A stretch of 64,000 nucleotides of DNA from Trypanosoma brucei (Eukaryota): contig CM000207.1 in the NCBI GenBank assembly GCA_000002445.1, positions 608,001-672,000 on the forward strand, given 5' to 3'. The notes beneath the pieces were generated by a model. The model was not told the DNA's origin and made no database searches. It worked only from the letters and a program-made list of their open reading frames with translations. The translations under genes and the position numbers were made by a program. How positions within the stretch are numbered: position 1 is the stretch's first letter; each line of letters opens with the position of its first letter. This document shows, in pieces, positions 34,291 through 45,125 of the stretch.

Positions 34291-34370
34291 CAACTGCCTC
34301 TGATTATTGTTGTGAGTTTTTCTTCAATTATATTTTGTCCTACGCTTTGGGCACTTTCCGGCCTTAAGAT

Positions 34371-35522
34371 ATGACGGCAGTGGTGAATGAGTTCCTTAAG
34401 CGCGGTGTACGAGCGTTAGCAGCTCGCCAGGATTCCGTTCTTGTGATGGGTAACGAAGGAGGTGACATGGACACCGTGATTGGCTCTATATTTCTGGCGA
34501 TGTACCTGGAAAAGCGTGACGTATTTGGTGTTGGTAGTTACGTTCCTGTACTAAACTTCGAAAAGGATGACTTACCACTGCGACAAGATGTGGTTAAGTT
34601 ACTGTCACGACACAACGTTTCTACAGACAGTATTTACTCAGTCAAGCAAAGTGGGAATGGTGTGGATTTCCTGGACCTACATCAAATGAAGCTTCCCATC
34701 GTTTTGTATGATCACAACAAGCTAAGTCCTGAGCAGGTTTATTTGGGAGAAAGGATCGTGGGTGTGGTCGACCATCACGAAGATGAGCAACTATACGTGG
34801 ATCAGACCAAATGCCTCCGAAGGATTTGCAAGACGGGTTCGGCTTGCACCCTTGTTGCAGAACTTTTCAACGAGGCGGGGTTGGAGGTTCCGTGCCCTGA
34901 GCTCCTCTTAGCCCCAATTGTAGTAGATACTGTAAACTTTGAACCGTCGCAAAAGAGGGTAACTGAACGAGACATTTTGGCCTCCAGGCTGCTGGTTGGG
35001 CGGGACGATTGCGGCGACTACCTGACGGGCATGTTTAAAGAACTAATGGCGTGGAAAAATGATATCCACTGCCTCACTGTTCCTCAGCACCTACGGCGGG
35101 ACTATAAAAACTTTGAATTTCCCTTTATTAGTGCTGAAAACAAGATATTGCGAGTTGGAATAAGCAGTATTTCGTGTCGTTCTGACGAATTACTATCCGT
35201 CCATGGTGTGAGTAGTGTGTCATCAAATTGCATTGAATTCATCAAACAGAGGTCAATCGACATGCTTCTCTTGACCTTCGCTGGTGAAAGAACTCCAGGG
35301 AGTTACTGTCGTCAGTTAGGTGTTGTTGCGAAGGATGAGGGACTCGCGGCTCTGCAAGCCTATTGTAAGAAATCACCCAGCGGGCTCGACTTTACTCTTC
35401 TGGAGGATGTAACAGTTAATGAGTGGGCCTTTTCAATTTACGAGCTGAGCGACCCTTCCGTGTCTCGGAAAAAGTTGGTTCCATCGCTGACTAGTTTTTT
35501 GTCAGTGTGGAACAATTTGTAA
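34371..35522 (+). CDS. DHH-family phosphoesterase (exopolyphosphatase/prune-like; DHH plus DHHA2)
   Basis: True ATG. Motifs present are GNEGGDMDT (motif I DxD), LYDHN (motif II), VVDHHEDEQ (DHH motif III) and a C-terminal DHHA2-like region. 383 aa. Confidence 0.75.
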   Translation: MTAVVNEFLKRGVRALAARQDSVLVMGNEGGDMDTVIGSIFLAMYLEKRDVFGVGSYVPVLNFEKDDLPLRQDVVKLLSRHNVSTDSIYSVKQSGNGVDFLDLHQMKLPIVLYDHNKLSPEQVYLGERIVGVVDHHEDEQLYVDQTKCLRRICKTGSACTLVAELFNEAGLEVPCPELLLAPIVVDTVNFEPSQKRVTERDILASRLLVGRDDCGDYLTGMFKELMAWKNDIHCLTVPQHLRRDYKNFEFPFISAENKILRVGISSISCRSDELLSVHGVSSVSSNCIEFIKQRSIDMLLLTFAGERTPGSYCRQLGVVAKDEGLAALQAYCKKSPSGLDFTLLEDVTVNEWAFSIYELSDPSVSRKKLVPSLTSFLSVWNNL

Positions 35523-37345
35523 AGATAAAAGAAAAAGAAAAATGGACCATTTTGTTATGTTGATCTGTCTTGTTGTGACCGGCACTATTACTTTAAGGCT
35601 AAACTCCATGTGAGAATGTCCGTAATAACACAACTTCGCACTGTCCTTTCGTTGTATTTGTTGGTGATGGGAACTTGCTTGCACTGGTCGTACCAATGAT
35701 GTTGCCTACTGTTGTTTTCTATATAAACTGTTGGTGACTGCGTCTACTGTTGCGCCATCGAAGGGAAAGATAGAGTAGCACCATGACGTCTAGGTCTTTT
35801 TAGTTATGATTTGCGGTCGCCCCGACTGGTGTACCTGCCACGATTCCATAACTCCTGACCCCTCCTCCTGAACAGCCTGAGCTTATCGATTTGCTTCGCG
35901 GGGGGCATGCTGCTGTGCTACCAGCCAGTTACACTAAGTATTGAAAATAAACATCGAGGCGTCTTTTTCTGGGGAACTTTGGAGTGCGGGGTTTCAATTT
36001 TACTGGAGTGTCGCAAAACTAGTAACGAGTCTGGTTGAGTGCTCCGACTTTAACCTTTGCCATGTAAGGAAAGGTACGTAGGTCCGCAGCCTCACAAGCA
36101 GTGATTTTAATAAACTCTTCGAACTTCTTTACCTCGCACGAGATTGTAGCTGCTGATACGTCACACTTGTTTTGCTGATCATGCGAAATACTCAGGTTTG
36201 TTGTTGGTGGACACTCTTCCTTTGCCCTAGCTTCCATGAAAGGTGCATGAATACTAAGAAAAATAGTGAAGACGGAGATATGTTGTACGAATGGGTGTGC
36301 CGTCTTTGTTAGATGTGGTTCAAACCACAACGTCATATACGCGTATACTTGGGAACCAAAAAGTGGCGTTGAAGTTGAGTGTCTTTTTTGCCTGTTGTAA
36401 TGAAACTGGAACAGATTTCTCTCTTCAGTGATGTTACTTTGTTAATGCACTTTCTGTGTTGGCCCGACAGTGTCGACAGAATGCACAACCAGAAGGAAAA
36501 AGAGTTAGAGGCTCTAACCGAGATGTTGGCGGCATGAAGAATGATGGTAAAATTGATTTCCCCCTTTGAACTGGAAGAACATCTTGTCAGTGCATCAGTT
36601 CCTGGGGGGGGGGGTGCCTTATTCTTTGTTGTTAATATTGTTTGGCCACACAGATAACAGTTGAATTCAACTGCTGATTGATGCTAACTATGTCAAAATC
36701 TACATTGTTGCTTATATGCGCGTGTCTGCGAAAGCAGATTGTTATCGGTTCGATTGGCTACATATGCATGCCCGCATTTCAGAACTGAATGTCTGTTCGA
36801 GATCCCGTTGCCGCACAGAATCTGGCGTGAAAACACAAGGGGATGCATTCAAGGGATCACACTTGCGATGGGGGAGTGCAATAATTCACACCCGGAAATC
36901 GGGAAGGAATTAGTTCTCACGCTCCCTTTTATTTTGTATTCCTTTGGGAGTGCTGAGGTGCATGTGACGTGCTGCCACTTGAGTTATTTCCACGTTGAAG
37001 ACGAAGGCTGAAATGGCCGCTCGTTAAAGTGTCGTTCCAAGGATACTAATGAAATTCATCAATATTCCAGTTGAACGATACATTGGCAGGTTGTTATATG
37101 CTCCGTTTAACGGCAATCCTTACTGAGTGGCCGCGGTTGGCTCATCACGGCTATTTTCCTTTTAGTTTCATCATAAGCATTCAGTAGAAAGTTACTATTA
37201 TTCTTGATATTTTGGTGGTTGTGATGTGGAGTTAAAAGGCTTTATGCAACTCTTCTTGTTACATCGCTGTTGCTGCTATGTGTGCAGTTTTTTCTTCCAG
37301 TAGGCTGAAGGCGGTACCCATATTTTTGCTGAACCAAATTTACAA

Positions 37346-37516
37346 ATGTCGCGCGGCAACCAACGGGAACTTGCTCGCGAAAAGAACTTGAAAAAGAAGG
37401 AGAAGACAAAGGGGCAACGGGACGACGGATTAACTTTCGCCCAACGAAAAGAAGCTGATGCCGAGCGGATGCGCAGAAAGCAAGCGGAGGCTGATGCGCG
37501 GAAGACTGGTTGTTGA
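37346..37516 (+). CDS. SERF/4F5-family small EDRK-rich protein (56 aa); absent from the ORF track because it is under 60 aa
   Basis: ATG at 37346, TGA at 37514-37516. MSRGNQRELAREKNLKKKEKTKGQRDDGLTFAQRKEADAERMRRKQAEADARK is near-identical in its first 14 residues to the SERF/4F5 signature MTRGNQRELARQKN. It is on the sense strand of the plus-strand cluster. Confidence 0.6.
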   Translation: MSRGNQRELAREKNLKKKEKTKGQRDDGLTFAQRKEADAERMRRKQAEADARKTGC

Positions 37517-37943
37517 ATATGATTTGTTGCGCGGGGCTTCCCATAGGACCCATGAAACTTGTCGACCTATTTGCTAGATACCTGATGGTTTCCCTGTTTT
37601 CTGCCAGAACACAACATTCGTTGAGCCTTCAGTTGAACACCCAATGGTTTCCGGACTGCATGCCAAATACAAGAAACTGGGGGTTGCGGTATGCCGTGTC
37701 TCCCCTTTTTAAATATGAGTAATGAAGGACACGACTTGCATTAATAAAGGACACACTATCCTCCACGATTCTGAGAAGAGCAGTTCAAAAGGAGGGATTA
37801 ACCACAGGACCGCAGATGTTACTTGTTCCTCAATTTTTCAAATAACGTTCAACACTACTCGGCTAGTTGTTTTGCTATTCATTTTCTCCCCCCAATGATC
37901 TTTCATTTTTTCCATCTGGCATTACCTTCTGCGAGTGCAGATT

Positions 37944-38450
37944 ATGTCGTACTACGACAAGTCTGACAAAATAGGCTATGACGACACTGACAAAGAGCTT
38001 AACGAAGAGCTGGAGGAGATGCTCGCTCGAACACCCCCTCATATTCAACGACATTTGCAACATCGTATTCACGATGGCATACTGCAGCGTATGAAAGAGG
38101 ATACCGCGCGAAGGTGCTGGGAGTTCATCAAAAAGTATGAAACATGTGTCAATAGCGTCAAGCCATATGACTTAACGGACTGCCGTCCCCATAGGGACGC
38201 CCTCAATGATTGTGCCCACGAGGTGAACCGCGAACAAATCTATCAAAAGTATCGTATGATGTATCTCCGAGGTGAACTTCTCAGATTACATGAGAGCCGC
38301 CTTGGTCAAAAAATGGAGACCATGAAGGTCCGTGCACCCGATTCGATTAGGGGATGGAAGCCGGACTATGCACCGAAGTATGCGGAAATGATGTCAGATA
38401 TTGGACTAAATTTGGGGCCGGAGGCGGCGGACGAGCGAAAGCTCAGCTAA
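37944..38450 (+). CDS. twin Cx9C (CHCH-domain) protein, likely mitochondrial intermembrane-space
   Basis: The first ATG is at 37944 (MSYYDKSDK...); the track start at 37935 is GTG. Two Cx9C motifs are present: CWEFIKKYETC and CRPHRDALNDC. Confidence 0.6.
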   Translation: MSYYDKSDKIGYDDTDKELNEELEEMLARTPPHIQRHLQHRIHDGILQRMKEDTARRCWEFIKKYETCVNSVKPYDLTDCRPHRDALNDCAHEVNREQIYQKYRMMYLRGELLRLHESRLGQKMETMKVRAPDSIRGWKPDYAPKYAEMMSDIGLNLGPEAADERKLS

Positions 38451-38614
38451 CAGGTGAAAAAGTGCGCTTCGCTTTCAAAGAAAAAACTTTTTTCCGGAGG
38501 AGTGGAGGGGTGACCGGCCTGCTGTCGGTTTCTATTTCTGTAACCAGGATTCCTTTTCTTTTTTTAAAAAAAAACACGACCTTCCACCATTGTGTTTGTA
38601 TTATAGAAGACTAC

Positions 38615-39835
38615 ATGTTGCATGCCGTTCGCCTACTCTCATGTTGGCGTCCCGCTGCCATTCAACACTTGCCCGACGTTGCCCCCCACGCACCGGTTCA
38701 GGAGGTCGAAAAGTCGCATGCTCGATATCGGCCGCTCTCTCTGAGGGCTAGACAGACTCTTTCGGAAAAATCTGATGACCTTCAGTATCACGTCGTGACT
38801 CAGGAATGGTTTGGGGAACGTGTTGACAGCTTTCTTACATGCCATTATCCCCAGTGGGACTACGAAACTATCAAAAGATTGGTGCAGCAGGGACACATAT
38901 ATAGGTATAGGAAGAACGGGAAAAAGAAATTTACTCGTCTCACAGACAGATTGGAGTTCGATGAACTGCTTGTCGTACCAACACGAGCCTTCTGGGAGAA
39001 GCAACTTGCTCCCCCCAGTGGTGTCCTAGAGGAGACTGACGGGCCGAAGTTTAAGTTGTCAGCTACTGCACGAGAAATGGCTCATAATATGGTGCTATTT
39101 AAAAACGAGCATGTTATAGTAATAAACAAGCCCCATGGTTTACCTATGATGCCGACAGACGACCCTCAGGAGATGAGTATAGCTGCGATGTTGCCAGCCT
39201 GGAAATTCACGAACGTTGCGAAGCCAGTTGTTTGTCATAACCTAGACAGGGAAACTAGTGGGTGCGTTGTGCTAGCTAGGACAAGAAATGCACATCGTAT
39301 GCTGGGTCGAATGTTTGTGAAGCGGGTGGTACCCAATAGTGTGTACTGGAGTTTCTGCGTTGGTAAACCAACGGTTAATTATGGTAGGGTGCGTATGCAC
39401 TTTGACATAACCAGGGGGAATAAAGGCGATATTATCGTTGCAAGGCCTTCGCCGACCAAGACGTCCAAAGTGGCTATCGCTGAGTTTGTTGTCAATGCAA
39501 GCGCCCTAGAGTTTGGTAGCTTTATTTCCTTTTATCCGCTAACAACCCGTCGCCACCAGGAACGAATTATGGCAGCACATGCCCTGCGCTGTCCGGTGTT
39601 GGGGGATGCTAAGTATGGAGGCGACGCGGCCTTTCCATCGTCGCTGTCGCTTTTTTGGGATCCTGAAAACAAGGGTTTGCCACTTCATCTACATCATCGC
39701 AAAATTCAATTACCCTACAAAAATACGGCGGGGGAGTTTATTTGTGTCACTGCCCCTCTTCCCACCCAAATGGAGAAGACATTTAAAAAACTTGGATGGC
39801 CATGTGAAGTGGACGACCCGCTGATACCGGGCTGA
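38615..39835 (+). CDS. RluA-family pseudouridine synthase (406 aa from the first non-overlapping ATG)
   Basis: Catalytic motif HNLDRETSGCVVLART (the HRLDxxTSG consensus with the catalytic Asp) plus ...ITRGNKGDIIVARPSP and S4-like N-terminal features. The track ORF starts at 38354 and overlaps the upstream gene. ATG at 38615 (MLHAVRLLSCWRP...) gives a presequence-like N-terminus. Confidence 0.8.
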   Translation: MLHAVRLLSCWRPAAIQHLPDVAPHAPVQEVEKSHARYRPLSLRARQTLSEKSDDLQYHVVTQEWFGERVDSFLTCHYPQWDYETIKRLVQQGHIYRYRKNGKKKFTRLTDRLEFDELLVVPTRAFWEKQLAPPSGVLEETDGPKFKLSATAREMAHNMVLFKNEHVIVINKPHGLPMMPTDDPQEMSIAAMLPAWKFTNVAKPVVCHNLDRETSGCVVLARTRNAHRMLGRMFVKRVVPNSVYWSFCVGKPTVNYGRVRMHFDITRGNKGDIIVARPSPTKTSKVAIAEFVVNASALEFGSFISFYPLTTRRHQERIMAAHALRCPVLGDAKYGGDAAFPSSLSLFWDPENKGLPLHLHHRKIQLPYKNTAGEFICVTAPLPTQMEKTFKKLGWPCEVDDPLIPG

Positions 39836-40182
39836 TATCAATGAATCCCAACGCGCACCCTGTCATGAGGTAGCTTTGTCGTGTGTCTCTTCTAGTTTCT
39901 CTCCGGGTGTTGCTTGCGGGAGCGAGTGCCTCGCGTCGACCGGTTGTAAGACTAGGGTCGATGGACGGTACACGTTGGTGAAAGAACTGAACGGGTGTTG
40001 TTTGACCTTTGCTTTCCTCGCTCTTCCTCCGTCGCTGTTTATATACTTACTCGCTGCTAGAATGAAGATTTTCTTTTCGTGTTTTCACTTCTTTACTCCT
40101 TTTTGCGATGGGTCCACATGCTATATCTAAAAGCATCGGTTAAAATCTGATAGCGTGGGAACAAGTCATTGGCGTGCATGGA

Positions 40183-41253
40183 ATGAACCGAGCGGCTCGC
40201 ATTATTCCCCCACACCGGTACCGCACCGCAGACGGCGAGCAGTTTACGATCAGACATATCAGGAACCGCACCGCATATAACAGCGAGTGGGTAGAGGTCC
40301 GTGAGCGGCTTGTGAGTGGCGCCTCACTGTTACCACAAGTTTTGGATGTAGCGAGCGATTCGTCGTTGTCAGTAATTTTTATTGCTGTTGGAAGTGAGGA
40401 ATCTGCGGAGACCGGGATCATGGGCTATGTTGTTGTAAATATGAGCTTCATAGCATCAAAAACCGTCTCAGTTGCATGGATATCCGTTTTGAATCGCTTC
40501 CGTGGGAGACACGTGGGCCGTTCTCTGTTGCACCATGTAGATAGCTTCTGTCGGGCAAACATGATAAATCACATAGAGGCTATGCGGACGGATGGTTTGA
40601 CGAATCTGTTTAAAAAGTGTGGATTTCGTTTGTCAGCTTCTCCTGTCATATTCAAATCAAAGGCACAACGAAAAGACGTTCAGTTACCCAGCCAACCGCA
40701 AGTCCCCTATTGTATCACCAGCGGTGCCGTAACCCTCCGTTGCACAACTGCGGAAGACAGAAAAGGGTGGTCTTTATGTATTTTGGAAGCGTGCAGCTAC
40801 CTATCCGGCTGTACTGAACTAGTTGTAAATGCCTTTTCGGCCGATTTTCGTGTTTCTGCAGTGAACAGCGAAACTAAACGCATAATAGGGATTGTATCAA
40901 TTGACTCCACTGGATGGATCCCGCTCATTGCATGCCTCCAAGAGTATCGTGGCCAAGGTCTGGGCTCATTTATGATGTTTATTGCTATGGAATGGCTCAG
41001 GCGGCAAGGTGGCAGCGAGGTCACCTTGAGCCCATTAAATGCAAGCGTTGTCAACTTCTACAAGCGTTGGTCCTTTGTCGTGGACAAGAAGTCTGCAGGG
41101 AAGAGAAAGCGTTGCGACGATGGGATCCCTATCCTTGTAAGGAGGCTTAGCGAGGGCGAACGCTTTCTGCCGGATGGGTATGAACTGGAAGATTTCGTTC
41201 ATTTCGCTTCATCAAAGCAGAATGATACCCTCAGGGTGGCTGGGAGCGGCTGA
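40183..41253 (+). CDS. GNAT-family N-acetyltransferase with two acetyltransferase-like halves
   Basis: The first ATG is at 40183; the track start at 40174 is GTG. Acetyl-CoA binding motif A occurs twice: RFRGRHVGRSLL and YRGQGLGSFMMFIAMEWLRRQG. Confidence 0.7.
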   Translation: MNRAARIIPPHRYRTADGEQFTIRHIRNRTAYNSEWVEVRERLVSGASLLPQVLDVASDSSLSVIFIAVGSEESAETGIMGYVVVNMSFIASKTVSVAWISVLNRFRGRHVGRSLLHHVDSFCRANMINHIEAMRTDGLTNLFKKCGFRLSASPVIFKSKAQRKDVQLPSQPQVPYCITSGAVTLRCTTAEDRKGWSLCILEACSYLSGCTELVVNAFSADFRVSAVNSETKRIIGIVSIDSTGWIPLIACLQEYRGQGLGSFMMFIAMEWLRRQGGSEVTLSPLNASVVNFYKRWSFVVDKKSAGKRKRCDDGIPILVRRLSEGERFLPDGYELEDFVHFASSKQNDTLRVAGSG

Positions 41254-41665
41254 GGTGGACAACAAGGAATTTGTCCACGCGGCGAAACTATCAACTCATA
41301 TAACATTAATTAACGCGGCACATGATGGTCGTTGTTCGAGGTGGGCCCCATGGTGTACTAGATATATGCTATGTTGCCACCGGATCCTGATCGCACCCTA
41401 GTGTTTACTTCCTCATCTTGTTTGTATTGTGCCTTTCGTACTTTTGTCTTTTCCACCTTCGGGCTGCTTAGCAACCTATTCATTGAAGTTTTTTCCCCTC
41501 TAGGGTTGTCGTCGTATCGATTGCACGGGGCGTGAAAAGTGAACCGCCCACGTATCGCTCGCATCACCTTCGAGTGGGTAGAAAGTACGAGTCCACACCG
41601 CGTAAGACGTGCTCGTGTGACCGAGCCAGGCAAAGCGGAGTAACTCAGTTCGAAGTAAGGGGAAA

Positions 41666-41989
41666 ATGTCGGTAGTGGATGTTTATAGCGTGGAACAGTT
41701 CAGAAACATAATGAGCGAAGACATTCTCACAGTGGCTTGGTTTACTGCCGTGTGGTGCGGTCCATGCAAAACTATCGAGAGACCTATGGAGAAGATTGCG
41801 TACGAATTTCCAACGGTGAAGTTTGCCAAAGTGGATGCTGACAACAATTCTGAAATAGTGTCCAAGTGCAGGGTGTTACAGCTCCCTACCTTCATTATCG
41901 CGAGGAGCGGAAAAATGCTTGGACATGTGATTGGAGCTAACCCTGGAATGCTGAGACAAAAATTAAGAGATATCATCAAAGACAACTAA
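41666..41989 (+). CDS. thioredoxin
   Basis: True ATG. The active site WCGPCK is in the canonical context (VAWFTAVWCGPCKTIERPM). Length 107 aa. Confidence 0.85.
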   Translation: MSVVDVYSVEQFRNIMSEDILTVAWFTAVWCGPCKTIERPMEKIAYEFPTVKFAKVDADNNSEIVSKCRVLQLPTFIIARSGKMLGHVIGANPGMLRQKLRDIIKDN

Positions 41990-42509
41990 GAGTTCCGGAG
42001 AAAAGGGGCACAGTACAGCGAGTCATACCCCTTTTTTCACAGCACCACGGGGGGAAGTCAGTGGGGTATGGGAATAACAAATCAGGATGGTAAGTCCCAC
42101 TGGCATCTTTTTTTTTTTCTTAAAAGCTTCGGCTGTGCACTGGTGTATGGCGTTTTCTCAGAGTGTAGTAAAGGGAAAATGGAGCAGAATTTCACCGCGT
42201 TCCGGGGAGGGGAACGTGTGTGTGTGTGTGTTCTCGCCACATCGCATCCAACTGATGAAGGTAGCTTTCTTGCTTGCGTTCATTGGCAACAATTGTGGGA
42301 TCTCTGTTCGTTCTGCTTCGTGCAGACTCTGGTTTTCTGATTTGCATTGCGTTAACACCGTTCCCGTGCATTTAAGGAAGGAAGCACACTTGTGGAGACC
42401 ATAGGAAAAGCGCAGAGTAGCTTTACAAGTTGAAAGCATTTCATTTGTGCGAGAGTCCCGTACACACGGGAGTGAAGTCAGTTTAAGTGCGGTTTTGCCC
42501 CTATAGCCT

Positions 42510-43271
42510 ATGCCGACCGGTGCCGCCAGGCTGAATTTCCTTCAGATAAAGGAGCAGCAGCAGCTGAACCGCGAACGCCTCCGAGAAGCAGCAGTAGAGG
42601 AACAGCGTGCCAAGGAGGCTCTGTGTCGCCAGAAGGAGCAGTACAGCCACGTGCAGTCCCATGGGTATGGGCGAGTTGTCGGTAAACCCGCCAGCGACGT
42701 GCAGATAAAAGTGTATATACGCGAGTGCGATGGTGAAAGGGCGCAATGTCATACTTTTATGGAGAGTGAAGCTATGAGACACAATGCTAGCTGCAAGCAA
42801 GAAGGGAAGCCAAGGCCTGCACAACCTCCTAGGCAAAAGGTGCAGAAGCTGCCCCCCGTTGCTGCGCCGCCACAAAAGAAACAGGAGCACACTCAACAGC
42901 AACAACAGCGGTTGTCAGGCCCAGCCAATGCATCCGACACCCAACGGGGAATCGTGCCAAAATACTTACTGCAGCGGAAGGCTGAGCTGGCAGCACAGAA
43001 GGAGGCCACGCAACGTGAAGCAGAACGACAGAGGGAAATAGCCAGATATCCCCCGGGGCATCGTCTCGTAAGCGAGGAAGAAAGGAAGGAAACACTTGAA
43101 AAGCTTGCCGCTAGGCGACGCGAGTTGGAAATGGAACTTCACAAAATTCCCATCCGCTATGATACACAATCAATCAAGGAAAGGAGGTCGAAGATAGAAA
43201 ACGAGCTGAGTGAAATTGAGGCTGCGGAGCGAAAGTTTGGTTCAGCAAAGGAGCTCTTCGTTCCCATATAG
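42510..43271 (+). CDS. enkurin-domain protein (ciliary/flagellar)
   Basis: True ATG. The C-terminal approx 100 aa (IVPKYLLQRKAELAAQKE...YPPGHRLVSEEERKETLEKLAARRRELEMELHKIPIRYDTQSIKERRSKIENELSEIEAAERKF) follow the enkurin domain pattern (IPKYL..RK.E...E...P.G...L.E.ER.E.L..L...L...L..LP...DT...K.RK..LE..L.EIE.AI). Confidence 0.6.
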   Translation: MPTGAARLNFLQIKEQQQLNRERLREAAVEEQRAKEALCRQKEQYSHVQSHGYGRVVGKPASDVQIKVYIRECDGERAQCHTFMESEAMRHNASCKQEGKPRPAQPPRQKVQKLPPVAAPPQKKQEHTQQQQQRLSGPANASDTQRGIVPKYLLQRKAELAAQKEATQREAERQREIARYPPGHRLVSEEERKETLEKLAARRRELEMELHKIPIRYDTQSIKERRSKIENELSEIEAAERKFGSAKELFVPI

Positions 43272-45125
43272 GTTCGAAACGATAGACAATGCGTATAGAT
43301 TTGTATATGAACAGGGGCTTTCCCTCTCGTCGTATCCACGACTGCCTCCAATGTACCCGGTAAGGGAACACAATTTTTGGTTATTTCACTGTTGTGGAGC
43401 GGCGCCATTTAGTTCGAAAATGTTCTCCCCCCCTGAATAAAATGCATGCATGTGTTAGCTGTAGTACCTCTCTCGTTATATTTTGGAATTTACAAGCGCA
43501 GACTTACGACCACCACCCGGAGCTTCCGTTTGCTATCATTCTGCGATGTGCATGCAACAACGGGCTTGCGATGCGTCACGTGTTGATATTGTCTCAACGG
43601 CTCAACTCTCTGGGTCCCTTTTTTCCACCACTGCAGCAAGTAGTTTTATGTCCTTGATTAACAGGAATCATGGGGCCACACCCTCTTTCCCACTCCCGCA
43701 CCGTTGAGTCGTTTCTGCAAGCTTGTTACGAACACTCTGTAGACAAACAAAGGGTGGTATGTAAACGTATATATGTACCCCGGGAGCGCGTGCTCGTCGA
43801 GATTCGGTGACGGATGGAGGTATCGCAGCTAACCAGTGGCGTTGTGTTCCCTTAGCGGGGGGCAAAGTAAAACATCACCGCGAGAGGTGGTTGGACTCGA
43901 GGTAGCTGGGGAGGCGCGGCGCTGGAAAAAAAAGAGATCGTAGTTTGAAGGAGGGGGTGCAGTGGACACGGCAGGTTCGGCGAGAGAGTTGGGTCCCTTA
44001 TTCCGTGTGGAAGAAAGGGAAGACTCTCAAATTGTTGTCACTACCTCCGTAATTATGCATCGGGACATTGCTGGGTTCACTAACACCGTCATTTTCCTCG
44101 GGCCAGGCTCAAAGAAAAGGGGGGGGTCGGAGATACGGTTGACGATAGCACTTGGCGGCAATTGTTTTGCAGGTTGCACAGCTAGTCAGCTTGGGTCCTG
44201 ACGTGATGTGGAAGTGTGTCCCTTTTGTCTGCCACCGGCGTGAGGTCTCAACGTGACCTCGGCAGCCGTAACCGTAGAAGTGGGCGAATCGGGTGGAAGT
44301 TCCGAGTACTTTTGTCGTTTCGCGGGTTCACTACAAGGGACAGGATTCGACGTCCGCGGGTTCGCTTCTCGTCGTGTCCTGCTGTTTTGCTCAAACGATC
44401 TTTTTCCTACGGGTTCACAAGGTTGGCTGTTGCCACTCCGTAGCTACCAGGAACGTCTGTTGCGTTAATGAAACTTCTATGCACCTTTGCGATGCAGAAG
44501 CTGAGGTGAATTGGCTTTGGATCTGGTTACGATCGTAACCCACCAAGGTGCCCGGTTGTACGTCGGCTGATTGCGCATCTGCGTCCCCGTCATTTACCTA
44601 GAGTTACTGTGTTACGTGAAAAAAAGAGAGCTGTAGTTTGTGCCCCTGCTGCGCGATGAATGAGGGAGCTTCCCGGATGGAGAAAGTATCGAGTGCAGCG
44701 CCAGTTGGAGGGGAGGGAAAACCTCATGATTTTGTTCATCCATTGAGAATACTTGTGCCGTAATAAATGCTCACGTTTTTTCGCCCCTCACTACGGAGTT
44801 TTTCATACTTCACTGCTGTTGATGTCCTTTGTCCGACTGTTTGTTGTTCTCGGCACCCATATTACGCGCGGTGGTGTCTATACTGTAACTGAGCCATGCA
44901 GAGGTGCAATTCATCACCTTGCAACTGGCTAATGTCCTCACCTTATCCACCCCGTCATCTCCCGTAGCCTTTGTTTTGCTCGTTCACCTGGACAAGGGCC
45001 GGCGGCTTCCTCTTAAAGTGAAACAAGTTGTAAAAAAAAAAAGTGATTGTATAACTCTTTGAAACTCAACTTTCTCTTTTGGCTGTGAAAGAAGGTCGTG
45101 CGCAGTGTTCTTTCAAACTTTAACC

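Larger units (their letters stand above)
27314..34370. promoter_or_regulatory. divergent strand-switch region between the minus-strand and plus-strand polycistronic units; putative bidirectional RNA polymerase II transcription start region
   Basis: About 7 kb with no convincing ORF on either strand; it has only overlapping, composition-driven ORFs. Genes to the left are all minus and genes to the right all plus. G-runs lie on each outward-reading strand: C11 at 28294-28304 (G11 on the minus strand), G16 at 33600-33615 and G13 at 33796-33808 on the plus strand. Confidence 0.6.

Noticed and set aside
36019-36336. 105-aa minus-strand ORF inside the plus-strand cluster
   Set aside because: Wrong orientation for the cluster, no motifs, embedded in a pyrimidine-rich processing region.
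38354-38614. N-terminal 87 aa of the track's RluA ORF overlapping the upstream CHCH gene
   Set aside because: The overlap arises from an over-extended ORF. Gly-rich low-complexity translation. The first non-overlapping ATG gives a sensible presequence.
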